Below are positions 1 to 8,894 of a DNA stretch of 64,000 bases, piece after piece (within the stretch, counting starts at the first letter, position 1; each line of letters starts with the position of its first letter). This stretch comes from an uncultured Candidatus Saccharibacteria bacterium. GTDB lineage: Bacteria > Patescibacteriota > Minisyncoccia > Phycocordibacterales > UBA9973. The stretch covers positions 32,069-96,068 of the forward strand of contig CAZWJU010000002.1 of assembly GCA_964634365.1 (NCBI GenBank), given 5' to 3'. The notes under the pieces were generated by a model. That model was given only the letters and a program-made list of their open reading frames with translations. It was not told the origin of the DNA and did no database searches. Position numbers and translations under genes: made by a program.

Positions 1-1323
1 ATACAAACCAAAGAAAAAGAATACTTGCCATCTGATAACGCTATTATAATCAGTGTAGAAAGTGGAATGTCTAGTCAGTTTAGTAAAGATTTAGCGAAAG
101 CAGTAAAGAGTGGCATTGATAAAAAAATTATTAAAGGGCTAGCTCCAGTATTGGCTCCTCTTGGATACTTAAATACTAAACACGAAGTTCGTGGTGAAAA
201 TTACATAATCAAAGACCCTGAACGATTTGAACTTATTAAGAGAGCGTGGAATATGATGCTAACTGGAGAATATACAATTCCTAAACTTCTAAAAATAATG
301 AATGATGATTGGGGTATGCGTACACGAACCACACGACATCGTGGAGGTGGAAAAATAAATAAAAGTACTATGTATAATATCTTAACCAATATATTTTATA
401 CTGGTCTTTTTATCTACAATGGAGAAGTTGGGAATGGTAAACACGAACCAATGATCACAATGGATGAGTTTGATATTGTTCAAAAGATGTTAGGGAGATA
501 TGGGAAACCAAGAGCCAAGAGTCATATATTTACGTACACTGGCACAATGATATGTGGTGAATGCGGTAGCTCTGTTACAGCTTGTACAAAGACGAAACTA
601 GTAAAAACTAAAAATGAATTAAAGGACTATACATTTTACTATTGTTCACACCGAAAGAAAGGAACAGAAAATTGCTCTCAAAGAGCTTTCATTCCATTGA
701 AAAATATGGAAGATATGATAAAGGAAGAAATAGACAAGTATACGATTTCAGAAAAGTTTAGAGATTGGGCATTAAGAATACTTGCAGAAGAACACTCTGA
801 TGAAGTTCGAGAGAGGGAGCTAATTTATAAAACACAATTAGGTGATATTGAGGCATCTCAAAGAGAGTTAGATAATTTAATAACAATGCGTATGCGTGAT
901 CTCATAAATGATGAACAATACGGTTCAAGGAAAAACGAGTTAACCGAGAAAATTGCAATCTTAAAGCAGAAAATCAATGAAACTGAAAGCCGAGCATTGA
1001 ACTGGTTACAATATACCGAACAAGTATTCAACTTTGCACAAGTAGCAAAAACCAAGTTTGAAGACCCTGAAACTACGATAGAAGATAAGAAAAGTATATT
1101 TACTGCACTTGGTTGGAACTATATAGTAAAAGACCAAAAACTCTTTATTTTACCGAATGATTGGCTAGAGCCAATAGATAAGAAGCGAAAAGCTGTAGAA
1201 AGTGAAATAAATCGGTTGGAACTGGAAAAAACCTTTGCTATAAAAGGACAAAACACCCGTTTAGGGGTGCTTTGTCCAATACTGCGCGACCGACCGGACT
1301 TGAACCGGCAACCTCCCGCGTGA
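1..1323 (+). CDS. Large serine recombinase (integrase-type), 5'-truncated at window edge; recombinase domain, zinc beta-ribbon and coiled-coil present
   Basis: Frame 1 is open from nt 1; the ORF track begins at TTG 25. It has a CX2C...YYCSH...C zinc-ribbon (CGECGSS...YYCSHRKKGTENC) followed by a long heptad-rich coiled-coil, as in C-terminal halves of large serine recombinases. The catalytic Ser domain would lie upstream of the window. The last ~13 codons overlap tRNA-Asp. Confidence 0.7.
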   Translation: MQTKEKEYLPSDNAIIISVESGMSSQFSKDLAKAVKSGIDKKIIKGLAPVLAPLGYLNTKHEVRGENYIIKDPERFELIKRAWNMMLTGEYTIPKLLKIMNDDWGMRTRTTRHRGGGKINKSTMYNILTNIFYTGLFIYNGEVGNGKHEPMITMDEFDIVQKMLGRYGKPRAKSHIFTYTGTMICGECGSSVTACTKTKLVKTKNELKDYTFYYCSHRKKGTENCSQRAFIPLKNMEDMIKEEIDKYTISEKFRDWALRILAEEHSDEVRERELIYKTQLGDIEASQRELDNLITMRMRDLINDEQYGSRKNELTEKIAILKQKINETESRALNWLQYTEQVFNFAQVAKTKFEDPETTIEDKKSIFTALGWNYIVKDQKLFILPNDWLEPIDKKRKAVESEINRLELEKTFAIKGQNTRLGVLCPILRDRPDLNRQPPA

Positions 1324-1358
1324 CAGGCGGGTGCTCTAACCAGTTGAGCTACGATCGC
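1285..1358 (-). tRNA. tRNA-Asp (anticodon GUC)
   Basis: Reverse complement folds as a cloverleaf: acceptor GCGATCG/CGGTCGC (one G-U pair), D-arm AGCTCAACTGGTTAGAGC, anticodon stem CCCGC/GCGGG with loop CTGTCAC, T-arm GCCGGTTCAAGTCCGGT, discriminator G; CCA not encoded. Confidence 0.85.
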
Positions 1359-1393
1359 ATATTATTTTCCGAACACAAATACAAATGTCCGTG

Positions 1394-1466
1394 TGTCGGA
1401 GGTGGGGATCGAACCCACGACCCCAGGCTTATGAGTCCTGTGCTCTACCGACTGAGCTACCCCGAC
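1394..1466 (-). tRNA. tRNA with CAU anticodon (Met elongator, or Ile2 if lysidinylated)
   Basis: Reverse complement: GTCGGGG-TA-GCTCAGTCGGTAGAGC...loop CTCATAA...GTGGGTTCGATCCCCAC-CTCCGAC-A. The anticodon stem has one A-G mismatch at 31-39. Confidence 0.7.
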
Positions 1467-1495
1467 AAAAAGCAAACTTCTTTGCTTTTTGTCGG
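1462..1495. repeat. Perfect 15-bp inverted repeat (CCGACAAAAAGCAAA cttc TTTGCTTTTTGTCGG) overlapping the 5' end of tRNA-CAT
   Basis: Read directly; palindromic hairpin whose left arm begins inside the tRNA acceptor stem. Confidence 0.6.
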
Positions 1496-1608
1496 TGGGT
1501 ATACCACCTGGTAAAGCAGTGCGATGTTGTGAGGCTTTTGCCGAACCATCGCTATCAAACAAGCTTGCCATTATTCGACATAGAGACATTGTGTCGCTTG
1601 CCGAAGTG

Positions 1609-1680
1609 TTGCGGGGGGACGATTCGAACGTCCGTCTTCAGGTTATGAGCCTGATGAGATAACCACTTCTCTACCCCGCT
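1609..1680 (-). tRNA. Second tRNA with CAU anticodon (initiator-like or Ile2/Met; A1-A72 mismatch or 6-bp acceptor)
   Basis: Reverse complement: (A)GCGGGG-TA-GAGA AGTGGTTA TCTC A TCAGG CTCATAA CCTGA AGAC GGACG TTCGAAT CGTCC CCCCGC A. The anticodon stem is perfect, the T-arm is canonical, and pairing at 1-72 is unusual. Confidence 0.65.
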
Positions 1681-1771
1681 ATATAAAAAATCGCCTTTTC
1701 TAAGACAAAGGTATTGTACCTAAATATGGTATTTTTGCAACCTTATAAATTATGACAAATACATGGTTGTA

Positions 1772-1800
1772 TTGACTTATCTATATTTTCATAGTATTAT
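1772..1800 (+). promoter_or_regulatory. Near-consensus sigma70-type promoter (TTGACT - 17 nt - TATTAT) for the downstream unknown gene
   Basis: TTGACT at 1772-1777, 17-nt spacer, TATTAT at 1795-1800. The first plausible start ATG (1817) is only ~10 nt beyond the expected TSS. Confidence 0.5.
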
Positions 1801-1816
1801 ATGCAAAAATCGACAG

Positions 1817-2680
1817 ATGAATAAAGAAAACGTATTGAACAAAACAGTCAGCCACACAGCTGCAATATTCCCTATTTTGATGGCTTTAAAAAAGTTTGAG
1901 GAAAAGGGGATCTATTTTACCGAAAGAACAACTGTTCAAAAAGACATCATGAGTTTACTCAGAGAAGCGGACCAAGTTAAGTATTCGGAAAATGAGATCA
2001 GGAGCTTCGTCGCAGACAATGCACCTGAGCTGAACAAAATCCTCCGTGATAATGGATTCGACATTCAGCTGGATGAAAAAGCACCATTCGACTTGGGAGT
2101 TGTTACGATCATGGACCTTGTAGCGAAATGGATCGCAAAAGCAAATTCTGCGATTGTAAACTATGAAGGTACTGAATACCCTGCTGCATTGATTAAGCAT
2201 GGTGCAAGTATCGTAAATAATGATTATGGTGAACGCACACTTATTATTCGTACAACGACGGGGTTATGTGTGTTTATCCAAATCGCCGATGAAGAAAAAT
2301 CTGGATTGGATTTATTTTGTCACATATTTGAACAAGCAAGGAAGATGACACACTCCGAAACACCGTGCGACGCGATTATCCCACTGGTAGACCTGAATGA
2401 ACAACCAGATATTAGCTGGCTTATCGGCATGAGCTGTGAATCGCCAAGATTTACAATCAACCAAGCACTGCAACAAAATCGCTTGAAAATTACCCTGGAT
2501 GGTATTCATGCTGAGAGCGCAGTAGCACTTGGAGCAGCAAGAGGTATCGGGCTGGAAAGACCAAGATTCGTAGTTGACCGACCGTTCAATATTTGGCTGG
2601 CTTACGGAAATCCGGAATTACAGTATTTCCCAATTTTCTGCGCATACGTTGCGCCGGATACTTGGAAAGAATCAAAATAA
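1817..2680 (+). CDS. Hypothetical protein (287 aa from ATG 1817; the ORF-track start 1763 lies inside the promoter), no recognisable motif, visibly higher GC than surrounding genes
   Basis: Long ORF with high-complexity composition; a promoter and a terminator bracket it; no family recognised from sequence. Confidence 0.5.
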   Translation: MNKENVLNKTVSHTAAIFPILMALKKFEEKGIYFTERTTVQKDIMSLLREADQVKYSENEIRSFVADNAPELNKILRDNGFDIQLDEKAPFDLGVVTIMDLVAKWIAKANSAIVNYEGTEYPAALIKHGASIVNNDYGERTLIIRTTTGLCVFIQIADEEKSGLDLFCHIFEQARKMTHSETPCDAIIPLVDLNEQPDISWLIGMSCESPRFTINQALQQNRLKITLDGIHAESAVALGAARGIGLERPRFVVDRPFNIWLAYGNPELQYFPIFCAYVAPDTWKESK

Positions 2681-2683
2681 TAA

Positions 2684-2708
2684 AAATCCCTCACACTGTG
2701 AGGGATTT
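2684..2708. terminator. Bidirectional intrinsic terminator (AAATCCCTCAC act GTGAGGGATTT) shared by convergent genes
   Basis: GC-rich perfect hairpin flanked by A-run and T-run on both strands. Confidence 0.7.
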
Positions 2709-2713
2709 AATTT

Positions 2714-3409
2714 TTATATATACTCAAATTCTTTAAATACAGACTTATAGAGTTCTATTACTCTTTTTGCCTCATGACGAGACAGTGTGTATTCTGAACC
2801 ATCGTGCGCGATACGATTGCGCACTTTGTGTGCTTCCCAAGCATTTTGCAAAGTTTTAAAATCACTTGCTTCTACGTTCTTCAATCTCTCGCCTAAGTTT
2901 TCACCCTTGTATCCCATACGCTCTACCATCTCATCGAGTATGATATCGGCTTCAAGTATTGCCTGACGCCAATCATTTTCATTTTCTGTATCCATATGTC
3001 GCTCGATAGATTCCCAACGCTCATTTTGTTTTTGTACTACAGGCTCAGGTTCTATTCCCTCTTTTTCTAGTTCATGATGTTTATCGTCTTCAATCTCTTT
3101 GATACGTAAATATGTATACGCAATCAAAACTGCCATGAGTACTCCTATGATCCCTAAAATTATTGAAAATATTCTAAAAAGACCGCCATTTACAATCAGA
3201 TTCCATATAGCCTCTAGCAATTGAACAACTCTGTAAAAAAGAAATTCTACGTTTAGATATGTCGGAAAAGCAGAACCTTCATTTACTCTGACACCTTGTC
3301 CCAAAAATACTATAACTGCCAATATGCCCAATACAGAAATAATAACCCAAGGTATCGGACCTATTCCACTTCCACCTCCGGCTTTTGGTTTTGGTTTTGG
3401 AGCTGCCAT
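2714..3409 (-). CDS. Membrane-anchored protein with C-terminal HEPN-like domain (two N-terminal TM helices, acidic linker, Rx4H motif VRNRIAHDG)
   Basis: TM1 PWVIISVLGILAVIVFLG and TM2 FRIFSIILGIIGVLMAVLIAYTY. The C-terminal ~120 aa contain ...AWEAHKVRNRIAHDGSEY..., matching the R-x4-6-H signature of HEPN RNase domains (DUF4145-like context). Confidence 0.5.
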   Translation of the reverse strand: MAAPKPKPKAGGGSGIGPIPWVIISVLGILAVIVFLGQGVRVNEGSAFPTYLNVEFLFYRVVQLLEAIWNLIVNGGLFRIFSIILGIIGVLMAVLIAYTYLRIKEIEDDKHHELEKEGIEPEPVVQKQNERWESIERHMDTENENDWRQAILEADIILDEMVERMGYKGENLGERLKNVEASDFKTLQNAWEAHKVRNRIAHDGSEYTLSRHEAKRVIELYKSVFKEFEYI

Positions 3410-3414
3410 AATAA

Positions 3415-4848
3415 CTATTCTATCACAGGGCGAATGAAGTTAACTTTGTTTTCAAACTTTTTAGCAACTTCAAAGAGTTCTTGTTCACTAAAATGTGGCC
3501 CCATAAATTGCATACCAATTGGTAAACCTTCAGTCGTAAATCCAGAAGGCACTGAAACAGCTGGGGTTCCAGCAATGTTTGCTGGAACTGTAAAAATATC
3601 TGATAAATACATAGAAACGGGATCAGATTTCTCCCCTATCTTGAATGCACCAGTCGCTGTTGTAGGTGTAAAAATAAAATCTACTTCTTTGAAAATATTT
3701 CTTAGTTCATTTGTAATCTCTTTTTGAAGTGCTAGGGCTTTGTTGTAGTACGCATCATAATATCCATGTGAAAGTACATATGTTCCAAGCAATATGCGAC
3801 GACGAGTTTCTTTACCAAAACCAACTCCGCGAGTCTTTGAATAAACTTCTTCTAGATTCTTACCTTCACTACGAAGGCCGAAGCGGACACCGTCAAAACG
3901 AGCCAAGTTAGAAGACGCTTCAGCTGGCTGGATAATATAGTACACAGCGAGCGAATATTTTATAAGCGGAAGTGACACATCGACAATCTCATAACCAAGA
4001 GATTTTAAATGTTCAATTGATTGATTGAAGTTGTCTTCTACTTCGGGGTTTAATCCAGTTAGAAAATCTCTAGGTATACCGATCTTTTTTGTATTAGCAA
4101 AGATAGATTTACGATTTGTTTTATCGACTGAAGTCGCTTCTAAAGCGTCCGATACATTTAGTGCATCAAACAATATCTTCGTATCGTCTATGTTTCGCGC
4201 AAATGGTCCAACCTGATCAAGCGAGCTCGCAAGTGCAATAATTCCGAAACGTGAAATTGTACTGTATGTAGGCTTTAGTCCGACAACTCCACAAAAAGCT
4301 GCTGGCTGACGAATTGATCCACCTGTGTCTGAACCGAGAGTAGCCAATGCCATATTTGCCGCTACAGCTGCAGATGATCCCCCAGAAGAACCTCCCGGAA
4401 CACGAGCTGTATCATATGGATTCTTTGGGACACCGTAAAAAGAAGTTTCAGATGAACTACCCATAGCAAACTCATCCATATTTGTACGTCCTAGTATAAC
4501 AGCTCCATTTTCTTTTAAAATCTTTGCAACAGTAGAATCGTAGCTAGCAACATAGCCACTCAGTATCTGTGATCCACATGTTGCAGATTTTCCACCAATT
4601 AGCATATTGTCTTTTAGCGCAACAGGAATCCCAGTTAAGAGAGTTGCAGAATTCGCCTTAAACATTTCATCTGCTCGGTCGGCTTGTTCTAATACATCAG
4701 AAAAAACTTCGATGTATATATTGAGCTCTTTGTTTTTTTTCTCGATTTGTTCTAGGTATGCATTTGCCAAATCACGAGCAGAGTACTCTCCTGCCTTCAT
4801 GGCATTGTGTGCTTTTTCTATTGAAAGTGAATTTAAATCTATTTTCAT
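3415..4848 (-). CDS. gatA: Glutamyl-tRNA(Gln)/aspartyl-tRNA(Asn) amidotransferase subunit A
   Basis: 477 aa; amidase signature GGSSGGSSAAVAA and conserved GatA blocks throughout. Confidence 0.9.
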   Translation of the reverse strand: MKIDLNSLSIEKAHNAMKAGEYSARDLANAYLEQIEKKNKELNIYIEVFSDVLEQADRADEMFKANSATLLTGIPVALKDNMLIGGKSATCGSQILSGYVASYDSTVAKILKENGAVILGRTNMDEFAMGSSSETSFYGVPKNPYDTARVPGGSSGGSSAAVAANMALATLGSDTGGSIRQPAAFCGVVGLKPTYSTISRFGIIALASSLDQVGPFARNIDDTKILFDALNVSDALEATSVDKTNRKSIFANTKKIGIPRDFLTGLNPEVEDNFNQSIEHLKSLGYEIVDVSLPLIKYSLAVYYIIQPAEASSNLARFDGVRFGLRSEGKNLEEVYSKTRGVGFGKETRRRILLGTYVLSHGYYDAYYNKALALQKEITNELRNIFKEVDFIFTPTTATGAFKIGEKSDPVSMYLSDIFTVPANIAGTPAVSVPSGFTTEGLPIGMQFMGPHFSEQELFEVAKKFENKVNFIRPVIE

Positions 4849-5171
4849 TATAAAATCTGTTTTACTTTCAAAAATCCATCTAAACTTTCTGGTAGATTTT
4901 CTGCTATTAAATCTAGAGTTTCATCTGAAGAAGAATCTACTATGTCTTCACGTACAACATTTTGAGTGATGTTCGGCTCTATGCTTGCACCTGAAATATT
5001 AACAGAACTTATCTGATCTATGTATTCGAGTATAGAAGCAAAATCTCCAAGAAGATTTTCCTTTTCTGCATCACTCATATCTAGGCGAGCCAATTGCGCC
5101 AATTTGTCTATATCTGCCTTTTGCATTTCCTGATTATAGCGTATTTTTTGGTTTTTTTCATTTATCGTCAA
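4848..5171 (-). CDS. gatC: Glu/Asp-tRNA amidotransferase subunit C
   Basis: 107 aa, acidic, GatC-like (..LARLDMSDAEKENL..); stop/start overlap with gatA. Confidence 0.75.
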   Translation of the reverse strand: MTINEKNQKIRYNQEMQKADIDKLAQLARLDMSDAEKENLLGDFASILEYIDQISSVNISGASIEPNITQNVVREDIVDSSSDETLDLIAENLPESLDGFLKVKQIL

Positions 5172-5185
5172 ATATCACCACAAAT

Positions 5186-5213
5186 TTGACATACGAGCAT
5201 TTTCTGGTAGATT
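5186..5213 (+). promoter_or_regulatory. Candidate promoter TTGACA - 16 nt - TAGATT
   Basis: Exact -35 hexamer at 5186-5191 and TAGATT at 5208-5213, upstream of the small plus-strand ORF. Confidence 0.35.
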
Positions 5214-5228
5214 TAAGAAAAATATCAG

Positions 5229-5534
5229 ATGTTTATAAAAAATGGAGATAATATAGATAGAATTAAGAACTTTATTTATAATGTAATTATTACTTCATTG
5301 TTCTGGCTAGTCTTTACTTGCATCATTTTTTTTGTTGAGGTAATGAGATTTTTGATCAAAGATCATGCCAACATACTAGCAAAATATGATTTTCAAGAAA
5401 GACATCCGATTCTTTGTGTTTTAAATCAGATATCAATTTTCCTTATAATTATCTCTTGTGTATTATTATGGATTTTAAGATTCCAAATAACTAAGAACAA
5501 AAATAAAGATATTCCAATCGATCAGGTTAATTAG
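5229..5534 (+). CDS. Small hypothetical membrane protein (2 predicted TM helices)
   Basis: 101-aa ORF between convergent core genes with hydrophobic segments; no homology recognised. Confidence 0.3.
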   Translation: MFIKNGDNIDRIKNFIYNVIITSLFWLVFTCIIFFVEVMRFLIKDHANILAKYDFQERHPILCVLNQISIFLIIISCVLLWILRFQITKNKNKDIPIDQVN

Positions 5535-5577
5535 TCCTGTGGCCAGTTTTTATTATCCCGCTATACAAAGTGGGATT

Positions 5578-7584
5578 TTATTTTACCATTTTCAAGAATT
5601 CAGACTCCTCTATTACAGAAACCCCAAGCTTCTTCGCTTCATTGAGTTTTGATCCAGCACTCTCCCCTGCAAGCACGAAGCCTGTCGCTTTTGATACAGA
5701 TCCAGAAACTTTACCACCATTTTCAATAATTATTTTCTTTGCTTCTTCGCGAGAAAGGGTCGGGAGTGTTCCTGTTAGAACAAAAGTTTTGCCTGTAAAC
5801 TTCCCTACTGCTTTTTTATATTCTTTTGGTTTTACACCATTATCCAATAGTTTTTGTATAAACTTCTGATGATATGAGTCAGACAAATATTCCAAAATAC
5901 TCTCGGTCACAGCTGGGCCAATATTTTCTATCTCGTCCAAATCAGATTCTTTTGCATTTAAAAACTTCTTGAGTGTGCCGAAGTGTCCTGCCAAGTCCCG
6001 TGCAGTTTCTTCTCCAACATGGATTATCCCAAGCGATACAATAAATCTATCAAGTGTCGGGTTTCTCCTCTCTTTTATATTACTCACAATATTACTTGCA
6101 GACTTATCTCCAAATCTCTCAAGCCCTGACAAGTCAGCTTCGGTGAGAATGAAGAGATCTGCTCCGTCAGTTATCAATCCCTCGTCCTGAAGTCGCTCTA
6201 TTATCTTTGGACCAACAGTATAGATATCGAACGCATTTACGAAGTGAACAAGACCCCGGGAACTCTTGGCCTCACAGCGTTTGTTTGTACAGTAAAACGC
6301 CACACTTTTTCCACCCTGACCTTCTTTCTTCTCTACTTCCCCTCCACAGATAGGACACACACTCGGCATCTTAAAACTTTTTTCTTTTCCTGTGCGTAGA
6401 CTTTTCAATACTTCTACAACTTCGGGTATAACATCCCCTGCTTTTTGTATAACAACAGTGTCACCTATTTTTATATCGAGTCTTTCTATCTGATCCATGT
6501 TGTGAAGAGTCGACTTGGAAACAGTCGAACCAGAAACAAGAGTCGGTTCAAAATGTGCAAGTGGTGTCAAAACTCCTGTGCGTCCCACCTGAACTGTTAT
6601 GTCGAGAACCTTTGTGGTGGCGCGTTCTGCTGGATATTTAAATGCACACATATAGCGTGGGGCTTTGCCGACTATACCTAATCTCTCTTGCAAATCTGTC
6701 TCATCAATAGATATAACTATACCGTCTGTTCCAAAAGGTAATTTTTCTCTTATCTTTTTTATTTCTTCGATAAAAGATTCTACTTCTTTTAAGTTTTTGC
6801 ATTTCTTCTCATGAACTGAAACTGGAAAACCGAGCGAGACAAGTAGTCTATGTTCGTCTGAATGTTTTTTTATATTTTTTTCATAATCTGCCGATAGTTC
6901 TGCTATGTCATATGCAAAAAAAGATAGGTGACGCTCCTTTACTACACTAGGATCAAGCTGACGAACTGAACCAGCAGAAGCGTTGCGAGTGTTTGCAAAC
7001 TTGGGTAGGCCGAGCTTTTCATTTTGTTTGTTTAACTTTTCGAGAACGTCTTTTGACATAACTATCTCTCCGCGAACTTCTATCTTTTTAGGAGAATCTT
7101 TTGGGAGAGTAAGTGGTATGTCAGTTATCATTTTTATATTTTCTGTTATGTTTTCTCCGACAAATCCATCTCCTCGAGTTCCTCCATAAACAAGTTTTCC
7201 ATTTTCATAAAGCAAAGTAACAGCTAGACCGTCGAACTTTAGCTCGGCAAAATATGTGGGAGTTTTTCCAGGAATAAGTTTTAGTGCCCTTTTTTCCCAA
7301 TCAGCGAGTTCTTCATAAGAAAAAACATCTGCTAGTGAGGTCATGCGAGAGCTGTGAGTTATCTTTTCAAACTTGGGAAGAGGAGCGCCTGCTACACGAG
7401 AAAGCGGGTCATCTTTTACACGAAACTCTGGGAATTTGTCTTCTAGAAGTCTAAGCTCTCTGGTTAGAGAATCATAAACATCGTCAGTTACAGAAGGGTC
7501 GTTTTCTACATGATAGCGAAAACGGAGACTTTGTATCTCCTCGCGCAACTTTTCTATTCTGTTTTTTGCTTCTTTTTTATCCAT
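5578..7584 (-). CDS. ligA: NAD-dependent DNA ligase
   Basis: Adenylation-domain motifs, a CPICGGEV zinc finger, HhH region and C-terminal BRCT. The likely start is the ATG at 7584 (MDKKEAK...), because the ORF-track extension to 7605 runs into a terminator hairpin. Confidence 0.9.
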   Translation of the reverse strand: MDKKEAKNRIEKLREEIQSLRFRYHVENDPSVTDDVYDSLTRELRLLEDKFPEFRVKDDPLSRVAGAPLPKFEKITHSSRMTSLADVFSYEELADWEKRALKLIPGKTPTYFAELKFDGLAVTLLYENGKLVYGGTRGDGFVGENITENIKMITDIPLTLPKDSPKKIEVRGEIVMSKDVLEKLNKQNEKLGLPKFANTRNASAGSVRQLDPSVVKERHLSFFAYDIAELSADYEKNIKKHSDEHRLLVSLGFPVSVHEKKCKNLKEVESFIEEIKKIREKLPFGTDGIVISIDETDLQERLGIVGKAPRYMCAFKYPAERATTKVLDITVQVGRTGVLTPLAHFEPTLVSGSTVSKSTLHNMDQIERLDIKIGDTVVIQKAGDVIPEVVEVLKSLRTGKEKSFKMPSVCPICGGEVEKKEGQGGKSVAFYCTNKRCEAKSSRGLVHFVNAFDIYTVGPKIIERLQDEGLITDGADLFILTEADLSGLERFGDKSASNIVSNIKERRNPTLDRFIVSLGIIHVGEETARDLAGHFGTLKKFLNAKESDLDEIENIGPAVTESILEYLSDSYHQKFIQKLLDNGVKPKEYKKAVGKFTGKTFVLTGTLPTLSREEAKKIIIENGGKVSGSVSKATGFVLAGESAGSKLNEAKKLGVSVIEESEFLKMVK

Positions 7585-7593
7585 AATGGAAAA

Positions 7594-7614
7594 GTACAGG
7601 AACATATCCTGTAC
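7594..7614 (-). terminator. Intrinsic terminator hairpin (GTACAGGA acata TCCTGTAC) after the pilus gene block
   Basis: 8-bp perfect stem followed by a T-run on the minus strand, immediately downstream of the PilX-like gene stop. Confidence 0.5.
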
Positions 7615-7679
7615 TTATGAGTATACCCTATTATATACCGACACGAGAAATATTCACTCAAAAAAGCGAACCAGCATAT

Positions 7680-8279
7680 TTACAGAGCGCCGGTGCCGGT
7701 ACCATCTCCTTCAGCACCTCCTTCTGGTGGAGGAACCTCGCCTCCACCCGCATCACCTCCTCCGTCTACTGCAACAGCCACTGGGTTTGGATATTTTACT
7801 TCGAGCAATCTTTCGACAATGCGATTTGTATCGAAAGAATCAAGCTGTGCACAATCTATATTGTAACCCTGAGATATTATACGTGTGTAGCTAGTACCGT
7901 CTATATCAAAATTTTTATTTACCTCAACAGTCGCACAACTACGAGGAGACAGATCAAATTCAAATGTAAACAAGGTTGGAGAAATATCTTCAAAATTAGC
8001 GACCATACCATCTCTACACTCTGGGACTATTGGAGAAACTGGATTGAAAGCATTTTGTTTTAAATCATAATACAAAGCACATTCACTACCAGCGTCTGCT
8101 GCATAAAAAGCTAAGTTAGATTCTTTTGCTGAAACAGTAAGCTCGGTTTCTTTTAAGGCTATATTGAATATACCTGTTGCAAGCACTAGTACGATAACAG
8201 ATATCAAAACTGTAAAAAGCACAACAAAACCATCTTGCTTGCTACCTGTCTTTTTTATTTGTTCGATAAATATTTTCAT
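7680..8279 (-). CDS. Pilus minor component, PilX-like (N-terminal hydrophobic helix, Gly/Pro/Glu-rich C-terminus)
   Basis: N-terminal QDGFVVLFTVLISVIVLVLATG resembles a pilin-like helix without canonical Glu5; last gene of the pseudopilin block. Confidence 0.45.
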   Translation of the reverse strand: MKIFIEQIKKTGSKQDGFVVLFTVLISVIVLVLATGIFNIALKETELTVSAKESNLAFYAADAGSECALYYDLKQNAFNPVSPIVPECRDGMVANFEDISPTLFTFEFDLSPRSCATVEVNKNFDIDGTSYTRIISQGYNIDCAQLDSFDTNRIVERLLEVKYPNPVAVAVDGGGDAGGGEVPPPEGGAEGDGTGTGAL

Positions 8280-8282
8280 ATT

Positions 8283-8894
8283 TTATATTGCACTTACATG
8301 TGGCTGCCAATCCATCAAAATATTTTGATAAGTAATAGTCTGCTCTGACAAACCTTCGTACCAAGTTACTTTACTAGTAACCAAAACATCGTCTGCTAAA
8401 GTTTCATTAATCGGCAAAACAAATATTGTTCTAGTAAAAGGTGAGGCTACTGATCCACTAGGAAGATCACATGCATCACTCTGGTCGTATCCAAAATATC
8501 CAGAAGTCTCTGAGTACGGAATATTGCAAGTAGACCCAGTACATGCGCATACATCTAAAGTAGACGGGTCTATGTTGCAACCAGCTGTCCCACTACAAGT
8601 ATTAATATTTGATAAGAAAATATCCCATCCGGCACCAGAAGGGTCGGATATAACTGAAGTATCTCTAATATTACGAACTGTCTCTACACCCTCTTGGGCT
8701 AGATACGAAGCTGTAAGTCTAGACTTTGCTAGAGTTGTGTTTGATACACCACCACTTGCGACAACTATCAGAAAAACAATCGATGAAGAAAATATAGCCA
8801 AGGCCACAAGAGTTTCTACTATTGTAAAACCAGAATTTTTACTTGCTATTTTATTTATTTTAAAAAGTTTGTTTTGCATATATTTAAAAATCAA
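8283..8894 (-). CDS. Type IV pseudopilin (prepilin-type N-terminal cleavage/methylation domain)
   Basis: SGFTIVETLVALAIF class III signal (G/FTxxE). Confidence 0.7.
   Translation of the reverse strand: MIFKYMQNKLFKINKIASKNSGFTIVETLVALAIFSSSIVFLIVVASGGVSNTTLAKSRLTASYLAQEGVETVRNIRDTSVISDPSGAGWDIFLSNINTCSGTAGCNIDPSTLDVCACTGSTCNIPYSETSGYFGYDQSDACDLPSGSVASPFTRTIFVLPINETLADDVLVTSKVTWYEGLSEQTITYQNILMDWQPHVSAI

Noticed and set aside
5570-5869. 99-aa plus-strand ORF and other small ORFs (5969-6190, 6445-6681, 6983-7189) inside ligA
   Set aside because: They are antisense to the well-conserved ligA coding sequence with no motif support.
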